From positions 30,752,001 through 30,816,000 of the forward strand of contig NC_043015.1 of assembly GCF_006345805.1 (NCBI RefSeq): DNA of 64,000 nt, read 5' to 3'. The translations under genes were made by a program, and so were the position numbers. Each line of letters opens with the position of its first letter. Position 1 is the stretch's first letter. The notes beneath the pieces are model-generated. The model did no database searches. It was not told the DNA's origin and saw only the letters and a program-made list of their open reading frames with translations. The DNA comes from Octopus sinensis (Eukaryota). Below, one piece after another: positions 12,140 to 39,855 of this stretch.

Positions 12140-12477
12140 GCGTCTTTTTCTCTTTTTTTCAGCAAAGTTTAGATACGTGAAATATCTAACAACTCTCCTC
12201 ACCGTTTTTTTTTTTCACATTAAATTCTGATATAATTACAATAAATACCCATTTTTCTGAAAGTTATGAGGAAACAAATTTGAGGCGTGTGAACTGTCCG
12301 AAACGCCTCTCACCGTCAACCCCCGCCGAAAAAAAAGACTTTCACAATAAATTCCAATATAATTGTAATCTACACCATCTGAACCGTATTTCTAGGAATT
12401 TTTGTTAAAAAATATTTATTATTTAGAAAAGTTATGAGGTAACAAATCCTGCTCTCCAAAAACAATCATCGTTGTCA

Positions 12478-13200
12478 AATTCACAGTGCCATAGGAGGAC
12501 AAACTTCGATATTTCCCACCAGATGAAGAAAGCCAAATATCAGGACTTAGTCGACGAGACCCTTGTACGCGGCCTCAGTTCCCACAGAAGTCGGCTGGCC
12601 GCGACTTTCCAGCTGGTTCGATGCTGTATCACCTAGAAAAAATAGCTCAGGAACCCAGGCAACTGTAGAAAACCACCCAGGATATAGCCACGGTAGCTGA
12701 AGCAAGATCAAAGGTGGCTATGGTTGATATGATGGAAGCACTCCGTCGGTTACGACGACGAGGGTTCCGGTTGATCCGAATCAACGGAACAGCCTACTCG
12801 TGAAATTAACGTGTAAGTGGCTGAGCACTCCACAGACACGTGTATCCTTAACGTAGTTCTCGGGGATATTCAGCGTGACACAGAGAGTGACAAGGCCGGC
12901 CCTTTGAAATACAGGTACAACAGAAACAGGAAGTAAGAGTGAGAGAAAGTTGTGGTGAAAGAGTACAGCAGGGATCACCACCATCCCCTGCCGGAGCCTC
13001 GTGGAGCTTTTAGGTGTTTTCGCTCAATAAACACTCACAACGCCCGGTCTGGGAATCGAAACCGCGATCCTATGACCGCGAGTCCGCTGCCCTAACCACT
13101 GGGTTGATATGGTTGATATGAGAGTGCAGGTAAAGATTCGATCAGTCCTTGCAGCCCTAATCACTACAAGAATACAAGTTAGGTTGGGGACCAAACGCAC
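12478..13200 (+). mobile_element. HERO-like (RLE-clade) non-LTR retrotransposon 3' remnant, interrupted by a SINE
   Basis: Frameshifted peptides FTVP*ED, KKAKYQDLVDE, PTEVG-RDFPAGS, IATVAEARS-WLWLI* resemble the HERO C-terminus (LTVPWE...KKAKY..L...EVGCRGF...AE..S.WLW). Confidence 0.65.
12733..13101 (-). mobile_element. tRNA(Arg)-like-head SINE family B, tail type 1
   Basis: Near-identical to 53421-53793; flanked by a 13-bp TSD 'atggttgatatga' (12720-12732 and 13109-13121). Confidence 0.9.
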
Positions 13201-13721
13201 GTAACTCTGAGATTCTGATTTTATGGGGTTTTGCTTTTCTGCTTTATTTCATTGTGTTGAGGATATTGAATAAAACGATATTTTATTTTCCACAAACAAG
13301 TAATGCCATTTATGTAAATTTTGCTGTCATTGTGTACAAATCGTGTATTGTCAGTTAATAAATGGCTTTAAAATATTGTATACGACATTCAACAAATGAA
13401 TTGAAACTTTTTCTTGTAACTTTTTACTTCCAACCAAAAAATCGATATATGCCTGTGTGTGAGTATATGCATATATACATACAATCATTCATACATATAT
13501 ATATAATATATGTCTATATATCTATACACACACACGCATATTTTTTTTTAAAATTTATTTAGTTTCCGCTCACAAGCTGTGGCCATGCTGGGGCACCGTC
13601 ATTTGCTGATATATATGTACATATAATATATATTTACATATATATATACATACATATAATATATAACATATATATATATATACATATAATATACTCAAGT
13701 ATGAACGTTACTGTTTACTTT

Positions 13722-13842
13722 CTCTTTCAAAGATCTCTCTCTTTCTCTCTTTCAAAGATCTCTCTCTTTCTCTCTCTCTCTCTCTTTCAAAGATCTCTCT
13801 CTTTCTCTCTCTCTCTCTCTCTTTCTTTTTCTCTCTCTCTCT
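13722..13842. repeat. (CT)n-rich tract with three 'ttcaaagatc' units
   Basis: Seen directly, just upstream of the predicted RBMX-like promoter. Confidence 0.9.
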
Positions 13843-13979
13843 CGTTCTGTTTACGGAAATTACCGAACGACCAATTCGGCAAATATTCAGTATCAGTAAT
13901 CAATCGCTTTCATTTTAATAGATATTTAAATCGGCAATCGCCGTTCTCTTCGCTATTAAATTTCTACTCCTATACAGCA

Positions 13980-14080
13980 TATATAAAAAAAATATTCAAC
14001 ATTTCAAAACCAGTGCCATTTTTCCTCTCAGCATTTCAAGCAAGCGAACGTGAAAGACGAAGAGACAGACAGCCATATTG
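13980..14080 (+). promoter_or_regulatory. Predicted Pol II core promoter of the RBMX-like gene
   Basis: TATATAAA 13980-13987, Inr-like CCAGT with A at 14012 (32 nt after the TATA start), YY1-type GCCATTTTT 14015 and GCCATATTG 14072, locally CpG-rich. Confidence 0.55.
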
Positions 14081-14184
14081 AAAAAAATTAGCCAAGAACC
14101 TCACAAGTGGTCGGACACGCTGTTGGCGAGTCTGGCTCTTTATTTCCGTTTTATACTACTATAATACCGCTCGTTTGATATCAT
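14012..14184 (+). other. Predicted non-coding first exon of the RBMX-like gene
   Basis: Ends at a perfect donor cat|GTAAGT (14185); no upstream ATG; the ATG exon has an acceptor at 19801-19802, so an upstream exon is required. Confidence 0.55.
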
Positions 14185-14641
14185 GTAAGTTGATCTTATC
14201 ATCTTCTTCAATTTTTAACACTTTGTTACCTTGCAAGCGTGTTATTTTCTTGTTTAAATCTATTTTCGAATCCCGAGTCCGTTCTTCGTTTTTGCAGGGG
14301 GAAAAATCAGAACCGAAAAATGAAGGGTTTTAGGCTTTGTTAAAACCTTATACACCTCTATATTTAGCCACACACACACATATATCTTTATATTAGCCAT
14401 ATATATATATATATATATAAGCGGGCGTTAAACGATGATATATGTGTGTGGTGTGTGTATATAGATTTGTGATGAAACTACAGGAGTTGAAAGCGCTCAT
14501 AATGAAGAAAGAATGCTGTGATATGTAAATAAATATGTATTTTTACAACCATCCAGCCATTCTGAACACCTTTTTTTTTTCTTTCATATGTATTAAATCT
14601 GTACATCAACCCCCAATACTTCTAACACACATTATATATAC

Positions 14642-14672
<31 letters not shown>

Positions 14673-14836
14673 ATTAGGGAATAAATCCAAACTTACAGGG
14701 AAAAATTAGATTTAGGATTAAATCCAATTTTATAGTATTGTAGACTGGTCCTAAGTTATATGATGTATAAAAACATGTTATATACAAATAAATATCTGTA
14801 AATATAAACCATCCCATTTTCTGAGTACCTCATTTC

Positions 14837-14878
<42 letters not shown>

Positions 14879-16895
14879 AGCAGATAAAAATAGGACATAG
14901 GAAATACAATTCTGATAGGACATAACACCAAAATTTATAAATGGATTATGTTTTTCACTGTTTGATTTGCCTAATAGTGGTTTTATCTCTAATTCAATAT
15001 AATATAATATACTTAGGTACATATATATATATTGTTTGTTTGCATGAGTATAAAACAGGTACCTCTGTAAATTGTTAATTTTGTCTCATATAGTTCCAAG
15101 TTTTCTGTGATTACATGCGTCTAAGCGAGGACATTCCCAACATGACCACACTGTCTTTTTCGAATTTCCATAAAATTTGACCTTCCTTTTTCCGTGCATA
15201 GTAATGTTATTTGAGGGGAATTTAGCTGTTATTTCTAATCGGTCGCGCCATGACGTACGTTTCCCTTCCCCTGTTGTTAATGCTTAAATCCCATATCATC
15301 CCTGATTTCGTAGACCTAGTATCAGAAGCGCTCCAGCCATAACCATGCCGTCTATTATTCAGACATGCCATCTTATATCTAATCTAATGTAAGCTCCCAT
15401 ATATATATATACATTGTTTAAGCCTGTTGGGAAATTTGGCTGCCATTTCCAGCACTATGCGATCACTTCTTTTGCTGCCCCTACAATAATATACACTAAA
15501 TGGTCATTGGATTCAATTGGACAACTATTAGTAAACAAGTATGCACTTATGTATACATTATACACTTATATATTTCGGACTAGTATCGTGCTATATAATC
15601 ATTATCAGTTTCAAGATGAGAGGAAGGATAGTGTCACTGCGACATTTGATGGCATTATTACAGATTGGTGGTGGTGGCAGTTTCCCCACCCTGACAACTT
15701 TTTCCTCATAGCTCTGTTTAAAATGCATGTTTTTTAAATGGCATTTTACCAAAATACGTTTCAGAGAGTGTAGATTGCGTAAAGGTCTTAAAACGCATCT
15801 GTAAAAAATTGAAAAATACAAGTTAGAGGAATTGGTAGTTAGAAAAGTCAGGACAGGAAGAACGATCCAAAAAATATTTTCCTAAATTTTATCATGTAAT
15901 TGTAATTTACAGTCTCGAAAACGTATTTCTGCAAAATATCGTTAAAAACTGTGCATTTTTTCAGGAAAATTAATACGAAACTAAGAGCACCAATCCTGTA
16001 ATTATGCCCATTTAATAAGCATCGGGGGTCTGTGAAGGGACTTTGCTCAGCCTGTCAGAAATAGCAGTGAAATCTCCCTTCTTTTTATCACACATCCTGC
16101 ACCATATAAGAAAAATAAAAAGTTACATTTGCTAAATATAGTCCAAGATGCACCACGTCTGGTGACGAGAATCATGGTCTTAAAACGTTTTTAGCTAGAT
16201 TTTTTTTTCCTTGCAGCATAAGATTCCACAGTTTGAAATTAATGTTACTCTTTTTGTTTATGGACGTTTGTATTCTCTTTGCAATCATGAGTCCCCGTGT
16301 TCGATCTCACTGTCCGGTATATTGGACAAGTGCCTTTTACATGTAATTCGGGGTTCCTACAGTGCGCGCTTGCATGCACTACCCCAAGTATTTCCACTTA
16401 TATGTAGAATAACTCAGCCGTTAATTTCAGGAGCTATCGAACAAAGGGATGTTCATCGTCATCAAACTGGCGAAGGACCTACTGTCGTTACCTTTTGTTG
16501 ATGCAAGTGTTAACGTGGAGTTAAACCACATCTTGAAATGTAATTAGTTAAACAGACTTTTCTCTGTTAATTAACCTCAAAGTTCTCTGTTTGCCAATAA
16601 TAATGAAAGTATGAAACGTGAGCTTTGTCGATTTACACGGTATCTCAAAACGTATATTTTGCTTTCGTAGATTTTAACTATATTTTTGACACTGCTTAAC
16701 CCTTTGTCAATCTAAAGCATTTTCATACGCTTTTAGTAATATAAAGCTTTCCTTTAATTAGTACCGAGTTACTCTGCTAGTTGGAAAAAAAATTGAGAAT
16801 GTGTATCGTGTATGATTGTATGGGCGACGAAAATGTGTTCTGTGTATCACAATTGATTCACGGGACAAGCAACGGGTTAATTTCTATCACAGACA

Positions 16896-17177
16896 TCTTT
16901 ATATATAAAAGTAAGGTTGTGTCTGTCTCCTACGATTTAGATTCCTAACTACTCCCACATTTTGCGGTGCAGTGTAACCAAAAGCGGGTATCTTATAGTC
17001 GTGATTCATATCGAGCCCTTCTGGGTATTAGCGCGCGTCTACGATGAGTCTACGATTTATAAAAAATTTACCATAATTTTTTTTCCATTTTAATGCATTT
17101 TTTGGCTATAACTCTCTAAAAATGCTTATATAGTTATTTCCCTTACAAACCCGAGCAACGCCGGGCGATACTGCTAG
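16896..17177 (+). mobile_element. Intact 282-bp non-autonomous Helitron
   Basis: Inserted between A(16895) and T(17178); 5' TC, 3' CTAG (17174-17177), subterminal hairpin cccgagcaacgccggg. Confidence 0.92.
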
Positions 17178-17819
17178 TAGAATATATTTCGGGGGCAGAA
17201 AGCAGTGTGGCGAGATTATAGCACCACCACAGCAATACATTACTTGCTGGTCTTGTCTTTAAACGAATTAACGAGGAAATGTTCACGTGGTCAGACGACA
17301 GCCTGCTAGAAATAATAGCTAAATCTCCTTCATATCACGTGAAGCTTTCTCTAAAGAAGGTAAAAAAAAAGGAACCCTTAGATTGTTTTGCTAGTAGCCT
17401 CGAGAAAAGGCTTCCCCCACTGTTTTGAAATGCTGATTGCAAAAAAAATTTTTTAAGATAGCAGCCAAAACAGAAATTATCGCTGTCTTAGACCAATGCA
17501 ATGATAATAATTTAACGGTCTACTAAATGCGTTTATTGATGCAGGTATTATCTAGTGCAACTGCATATTTAATTTTATGTTGCATGAAATATAAGAGAAT
17601 CATAAAGACCTGTTTGTAGTGGCCATCATTTTGTCAGAAATAATGGTTATTGTAGATAATGATAAGCTATGCATTATTGATAATGCAGCATTTTTTCCGT
17701 GTTCAGGTGTAAAACCAAATGTGATCGGAAATATATATATATAATTATGTAATTCTATTTAAAAGAAAAAGGGCTCACATGGCTGGGATGTAAATGGACC
17801 CCCCCCCTTTTTTTTTTTT

Positions 17820-18200
17820 TACAGAATCCCACGTTTTAGGCTATGGAGAAAGTTGTCCTTACAGAAAATATTTCGCATTGTCTTCCATTTCATGTTCAAG
17901 GCACCTGTGTCTACTGCAGCTTTATACTCCGGCTTAGATAACAAAACCGCGATCCAGTGGTATGAGTTTTGTCGAGAAGTGTCTTCAGGGAAGATGCTTC
18001 GAGGCAAAGCTCCACTCAGTGGTCCGGGTCATGAAGTAGAAATAGATGAGTTAACTCTTCAAAAGGAAGAGCAATGTAGGGAGGATAGGCCATTAGATGT
18101 TGGTTGTCAGGTGTTGTGACACCACTGTGAAAAAAGGATTTTTAAAGCCTGTACTCGACAGAAGCACAGCAACACTGGAAGCTGTGATAATAATGTGTCT
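17820..18200 (+). mobile_element. Merlin (IS1595/ISXO2-like) transposase remnant
   Basis: TAIQWYEFCREV...LSGPGHEVEIDE, then after a frameshift LFKRKSNVGR...KGFLKPVLDRSTATLEAVI, matching the Merlin GGPG.IVEIDES.F.KRK.N.GR...V.DRS..TL pattern; contains a stop. Confidence 0.75.
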
Positions 18201-19014
18201 CTAGTTAATGGCCTCAAGACAAACAATCTTCTTTTCCCTTCTCTGGCAAATAAATTTGTGGCCTTGGAAGTGTTTTCCTTATTAAAATTAGTAGGCTGAT
18301 CAGTCTTGTTCTTTTGAATTCAAATCACACAAGGGTCAACTTTTGTTATTCATCCCTCACTGGTCGATAGAACTCTTCCAATGGGTGAATCTTTGCGTTG
18401 CTTTTGGCCTGCTAGGAATAACCAAATTCCCTCAAATCACACTCTACTATCTTCAGGGTGATACATTTAGACAATGTTGTACACAGTCAGGAAATAGATG
18501 GAATGATCACAACTGGAATGCCTTTGTTTCACTGTTATCCAATATCTGATAGATCTTTTCACTAAATTTTCATAAAGGAAGAAAATTGTCCATAATCCAG
18601 TTGTAATATTGTGAATAGCTTGATAAATGGATTAGGACTCCTGTCCTATTCATGTAATATGGATATCATCGAGGATTGTAACAAATTTTAGAATATGTCT
18701 TAGATTTAGTCTGAACACTTAAATATCTGTTTACTAGTTCTGAAAACCAGCTGTAAAATCAGTAGTGCATATTCTCTTACTAACACTGTTTGTGCTCATG
18801 GGCCCGAAGTGTAAAGTAGTACTGCTGTGTTAGGGGTTCTTGCTGCTGTAAAGTTGAAGACCTATTTGTCTGCAGTCTAGTTCGTTTCTACTTGTTGAAG
18901 GAATGGACTCTCCAGAGGCACTGCATGAATTGAGTTTTTAATGGCTGCCTTACAACCCAATAGGTTATCAGATCTCTATTATTAGCCCCTGATGAAATCT
19001 AATTTTTGACTGGA

Positions 19015-19352
19015 GATCGTGGCCATTGCCAGCCTCCCCTGGTACCTGTGCCAGTGGGCACGTAAAAAGCACCATCCGTACGTGGCTGATGCCAGCGCCA
19101 CCTTGACTGGCTTCAATGCCAGTGGCATGTAAAAAGCACCAACCGATCATGGCCGTTGCCAGCCTCCCCTGGCACGTAAAAAGCACCCACTACACTCATG
19201 GAGTGGTTGACGTTAGAAAGGGCATCCAGCTGTAGAAACACTGCTAGATCAGGCTGGAGCCTGGTGCAGCCTCCTGGCTTCCCAGACCCTGGTCGAACTG
19301 TCCAACCCATGCTAGCATGGAAAACGGACGTTAAACGATGATGATGATGATG
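19015..19352 (+). mobile_element. RTE-tail retroposon family C with internal subrepeats and (GAT)n tail
   Basis: 'ggcacgtaaaaagcacccactacactc...ccaacccatgctagcatggaaaacggacgttaaacgatgatgatg'; copies at 22742, 31840, 56050. Confidence 0.85.
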
Positions 19353-19762
19353 ACTATGGTCATAAGTTTTAATTATTTTTAGTTTTCTTAGTGATTTATA
19401 ATATTGTCATGGCTGGATACATTGTTTAATCAGCTATTTTCCCATCCTTTACATATTCATGTATCGCATGAATCTTGTTCCCCCCTCAACTCACCTGATT
19501 TTACATTCTCACACTTTCCATATTAGCACTAATAGACCCACATCATTACAGGCTTGTATGCCTGTTACACATAACAGTTCTCCAACTATTCAGGTTTAAG
19601 ACTCCTCAGTACCACTTTTATTATGGCCTAATCTCTTAGAGTACACCTGAAGTCACTTGTTTTCCCTCACTCTTAACTAATCTTTATATTCATTAGCTGT
19701 TCTTTCACATATTTGTCACTATTTTATCTGGTGATATTCTATTACCAATTGCAAATTTGTAA

Positions 19763-35092
<15,330 letters not shown>

Positions 35093-35240
35093 TTTTCTTT
35101 TTTCAACCACTTATAGTCACTAGAATATTTTAGTTTATTAAATATCTTTAACTTGATATTTTCTTTTCTTTTTGAGAAAACAAAATTTTTACAGTCCTTC
35201 TACAGTTTCCTCATGCTACACCACTATTCATTGTCTGAAA

Positions 35241-36456
35241 CTAGTTGACTTTAGAACTACTACCACTTGATTTACCTCCTTTGTGAATTCTATCAACCTC
35301 CTGTAATCAAACATCAACTGATGATGCCATTCTGACTATCCATTACAACATATAGTTCACGTGTCCCATTTATACAACTGATTGGTATTTATTTGAACGA
35401 TCAATGACTTTACCACCTGATTGGACTGAAGTTTACTTCAAATCCCCAACTTAACTCCATTACCTGAAGCAAAGGACGACCATACAACCTGAATGCATTT
35501 TAAACAAGTTCCCTGAGCCAATATTTAACCATCTGTGCTAATCATCGGAAATTTTTAGACCAAATGGCATAACATTAACTTACAATTGGACATTGGTATA
35601 AAATCTCTCATCAACACCTGAACATTAAATACCTCTGCTGTTTTGTCATCAACTTTCACTCCATTGTCATTCAATGTTTCTTATTTTTATTACAAAATTA
35701 TTCAAATGTTTGTAAGCCTTCTTAATTTTTTTGTGTAACCTATTTTCATGCAAGTAAAACAATTGAAATGAAGACTACAAATTCTTAAATGGGATTGGTT
35801 TGAAATAAATTAAACCACCAAATTGTAATTCAAATAAACTTGCTTTACCTTTTGTTTAATTAGCTCCATTCTAAGCTAAATGATGTACCTTAAAACGATC
35901 TGCAGTGGGTTTCTGATCTCTAACTCAAATTCCCTATTACAATACAAAATAGCTTAAGAAAATTTACTAGCCCAATTTTTTTTTGTAAGTCATCTTTGCT
36001 AAATTATTTTACCATTTGAGTAGTATTAAGAATTCAATTTCCACTGGCAGTGTAATTTGTAATACATTATATTATTTTAAGCAGCATTTTGCCAGCCGTG
36101 ATTTAAAAAAAGTAACGTTGGTCCTCCAGTGTGTTCATTTTAATTAATGGCTATGAAGGAAAAAAAAAACCACCTAAATCTCTCCAACTGCTAATTAAAA
36201 AATTTTCTTGAAGAAACTCCCACAACTTGACAATGAAAGTTCTTCAAAAAAAAAACATTCTTTGCTTACATTTACTGTAAACAAATGACCAACCCTTAAG
36301 GAATCTGACAAGTATATATACAAAAACTCCACTGGGCATTGTGTTTAATGTCACGTCTAAATTTCTCTCCACAAAGAACAACAAGTCCTTGTATTTCAAT
36401 AAAATCCTGCTCAACAGTTGTAAACTTATTTTGTTACTCTTGATTCCTTGAGATGA
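35241..36456 (-). CDS. Tentative 3' exons of an unidentified minus-strand gene: 36456-36270, 36043-36013, 35933-35889, 35488-35464, 35300-35241
   Basis: Each segment is AG/GT bounded, phases chain 1,2,2,0, and the join is stop-free to TAG 35243-35241: SSQGIK...GWSFVYSK-L-EIEFLILLK-W-EFELEIRNPLQIVL-R-LYGRPLLQ-EVDRIHKGGKSSGSSSKVN*. No homology recognised; could be partly chance. Confidence 0.35.
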
Positions 36457-37234
36457 CTGGAATATGTGAAAAAGGAAGCTGGCCAAAGTTGGTTAATCTG
36501 CAGACATTGAATTTGGTTTCTAGTTGTAAATACTCGTTTTCTATTTTAAATATGTTAAAGTAAACTTTAACCTTATTGGATCTGATCGTCATCATCTCTG
36601 GTGTCTTCAACGTTGACAAAACCCTCTCCCAGTGAATTCATATATTCAGCAACTTAACAGCGTTGTGGAAAAAAATTATGCAAACTGGAGCTTTGCAAAT
36701 CCAAACCCGTCATATAACCTGTGTCTGGAGAAAATTTTGCTTAAAACTTGTCGATTTATAGTTATGGAAGAAGTATTGTGTCTCACGTGGCCAAGAAAAA
36801 CTTAGTTTTCTCAGTATGGGTCTATTTTTTTATTTATATATAACTTTAACTGCAGTCCATGCGTATCACTTTTCGAAATCAGTGACAGTGGTAACTTTAC
36901 ATCGTTTTATTAATTACCTGGGTTTCACCTAAAACCAACCGAGAAACATGCGTTTGGGTCAAAAGAAGTCTATTCAGAATGATTACCTGTTCAACATTTT
37001 TTTTAAAGCAATCCAAGTTTTTAATACAGAATAATAATGAAACAAAGAAGGTTTAGTCTCTACACCCACACAATATTTATGATTTAAATATCTGCAAAGC
37101 AAAATCTGGCTCTCCCTCTCGCTCGTTCAAGCTGGTCCCACTTATTTCAATGATGCAATTTCAGTCAAGTCAAGATTGAGAAATGAGTTTTAGTATTCAT
37201 TTTATTAACGATAATGATAATCCTTTCACTCTAC

Positions 37235-37420
37235 TAGAGGCAGAAGACCTGAAATTTGGTGGGGAGGGGACTAGACGATTACATTGACCCCAGTGCGAAA
37301 CTGGTACTTAATTTATCAACCCTGAAAAGATGGAAGGCAAAGTCAGCCTCGGCGGAATTTGAACAAAGAACGTAAAGATGGATGAAATGCCACTAAGCAT
37401 TTTGCCTGGCGTAATAATAA
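37235..37420 (-). mobile_element. SINE family D fragment
   Basis: 'gattacattgaccccagtgcgaaactggtacttaatttatc...gaaggcaaagtcagcctcggcggaatttgaac'; copies at 50028, 51870, 59455, 63070. Confidence 0.75.
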
Positions 37421-38299
37421 TAATAGAACAACAGTTGCTGTTTGCTGTCAGTGAATAAAAGGTAACTAAGGAATTTAAAGTGCCCATCTGGCAAGATTTC
37501 TAATTTGGCCAACATAGATGTCAGAATATCTTAACTAACTTCAATACATGGTTCACCATGGTTAAATGGTAAATTTAAGAAAGAGTTTCTGAATGGTTTT
37601 TATCTCTTCATACTAGGTTTTGCTGATGCTTAGTCAGACCAGATTTGTGATCTTAATGTTAATAATTTTTTTTGAACTCTTTTAACAAATCTACCAGAAA
37701 ATTATATTCTTATTTGCTACATTGTTTGTAACATTTTTGCCAAACACCTGAGCATATATAAAACTGAAGTATTGAACCAGAAAAAACCTATCTTAAAACA
37801 AATTCTTAAATTGCCAAAAACTGTCGAAGGAAAATTTTTAAAACAAGATGAAAATCAAAGTATATCACTTGGGTAGGTATACAAAGGTTGCAGAAATACT
37901 GAAAGTTGAACCACCACTTGCACATGCTGATATGGTATCAAAAGAATGGTAGGTACACAGTTTCCGTCTTGCTGGTCTGCTTGGGGCTTCATTGATTTCT
38001 TCCTGTGGCAGTGTTACCAAAGTGCTGTTGTAATAAGATGAGTGGAAGCTGATCTGTATTTTCGAAAATTTAAGCTAGTTTCCTGCTAAAAGCAGGCAAA
38101 AATAAATCAGATGTTTGCTGTCTTAAAACTCTGAGTATTGTAAAGATTCACTATCAGTTATGCAAGCTCCTGTCTTTGCACTCATCTCATTCACCTCAGC
38201 TCCTGGTTGTAAACTATTTCACCTCCCTACTTTTCAAAAACGTTTGAAAGCAAATAACAAAGCATCAGGAATTTAAACAAAGGAACCAACATAAGGAAT

Positions 38300-38960
38300 T
38301 CTTTGGAATGAAAGGATCAAATTATAATTGTCTACTGAAAATGTCACTGAATCAACACAGGATGGATTAGAGTGAATTATCTTCTGGTAAGTATAGTCAA
38401 GAAGACTGCTCCAGCTGGTGTTCGTTAAAACAAAAGTTCAAGTGAAATATGGCTAATCATTGCTCATTTCAGGTGGCAGCTAATCAATATTTCAACTAAT
38501 TAGAAACAAAGTCTCTTTCCAAACAATATCTAAATTAGACTACATGAATTCATCAAATTCTACCTCTGGATCTCTCTAATTCATGTCTATCAGTCTATAT
38601 CGTCCGCAAGGCCTCTAAGTACAGCAGTTAACTTTTCAAATCTCCACATTCATCCATAACAATGTACAGATTTGTCTCTTAATTCGGATTATGTCTATAT
38701 TTCAGGCCATTCAATGGAAGTAGTCTGTCTCTGCCTACCATGGTGTTTTTGGTTAACATTCTGCTACTACAACTACTACCACTCATGGCCTCTTTCTGCT
38801 CTTCTCTGTTGCAACATCCCGACTTAGTTGTGGTCTCTGCTGTTTTAACATTTTCCAGTTCTGGAAACTGGGGATGCTGCCTGTTCATTCTCTTCTTAGA
38901 ATGTTGGCTGTGAACTTTGCCAGCTTTGTCAGTGTAACCCCAAAAGTCAGGCCAGTTCAT
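38300..38960 (-). mobile_element. Possible highly decayed LINE APE-endonuclease remnant
   Basis: Broken peptides LWMNVE and EFDEFM*SNLDIVWKET resemble APE motifs (WNVxG, xDIxxxxET); many stops. Confidence 0.25.
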
Positions 38961-39544
38961 TTAGCTGGTTCAGTCTCTTAGACTAACCCATCTCCACCTG
39001 GTTCTACTCCATTGTGGATGATTAAAGCCTTACTAAATGACTGTTGGGTGAGTACTAGGCCTTTATGGCTTATCTATTACAAAATTCAGCAATGGGCTGC
39101 TATACGAAGGTAGGTCTTTCATGTATATACTTTTCTCTGAGTTTAGCTATTTCAGACGTTTCCTATTCCAGCAGACAAACGAAGGTAGTATATCTCTCTT
39201 TCTTCTACAGTTTCTTTTTTACTTTCAGGAATTCACATTTTTGTGTATTGTGATTTTATTTTGTAAATAATAAATATTTTATGAGCATTTTTTGAGTTGT
39301 ATCATTCTTGATTTAACACCAGGTTATTCATTAATATCCAGTTATTTGATATGGTAGAGACAACGGCTAGATCTTCTTCAAATTACATCCTATGAGCTTA
39401 AGACCATCATCATCGTTTAACGTCCGCTTTCCATGTTACCATGGGTTGCACGGTTCGAATGCTAGTGAGGAAAGGACAGAATGGTCATGGTTAGAACTTT
39501 GATCATGGCTAGCTTGGAATTAACAATAATTGACAGTTGTGAAG

Positions 39545-39855
39545 GTGTGTGTATGACTCAGTGATTAGAGCGTTGGGCTTGCAATCATGAAGTATTGAGT
39601 TCAATTCTTGTGTTAAGACGCTTTATTTCATGTTGTTCCGGTTCGTTCAGATGTAGAAATGAGCTACAGCATCACAGGTGCCAAGCTGTATTTTGCCTTT
39701 CCCTTGTTCAACATCAGTGGCGTGGAGAGAGGAGACTGGTATGCATGGGCAACTGCTGGTCTTCCATAAACAACGTTGCCCAACTTGTGCCTTGGAGAGG
39801 AACTTTCTACATGCTCTCCCATGGTCATTTACGACCAAAAGGGGTCTTTACCCTA
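39545..39855 (+). mobile_element. Diverged tRNA-derived SINE
   Basis: A/B-box-like 'tgactcagtgattagagc...gagttcaattc' followed by 'gttcgttcagatgtagaaatgag' core-like sequence. Confidence 0.5.

Noticed and set aside
18550-18960. Penelope-like or other LINE coding remnant
   Set aside because: Only vague similarity; no motif could be read with confidence.
38679-38960. Minus-strand ORF as a host-gene exon
   Set aside because: No convincing splice sites; lies next to decayed endonuclease-like peptides, so more likely retroelement debris.
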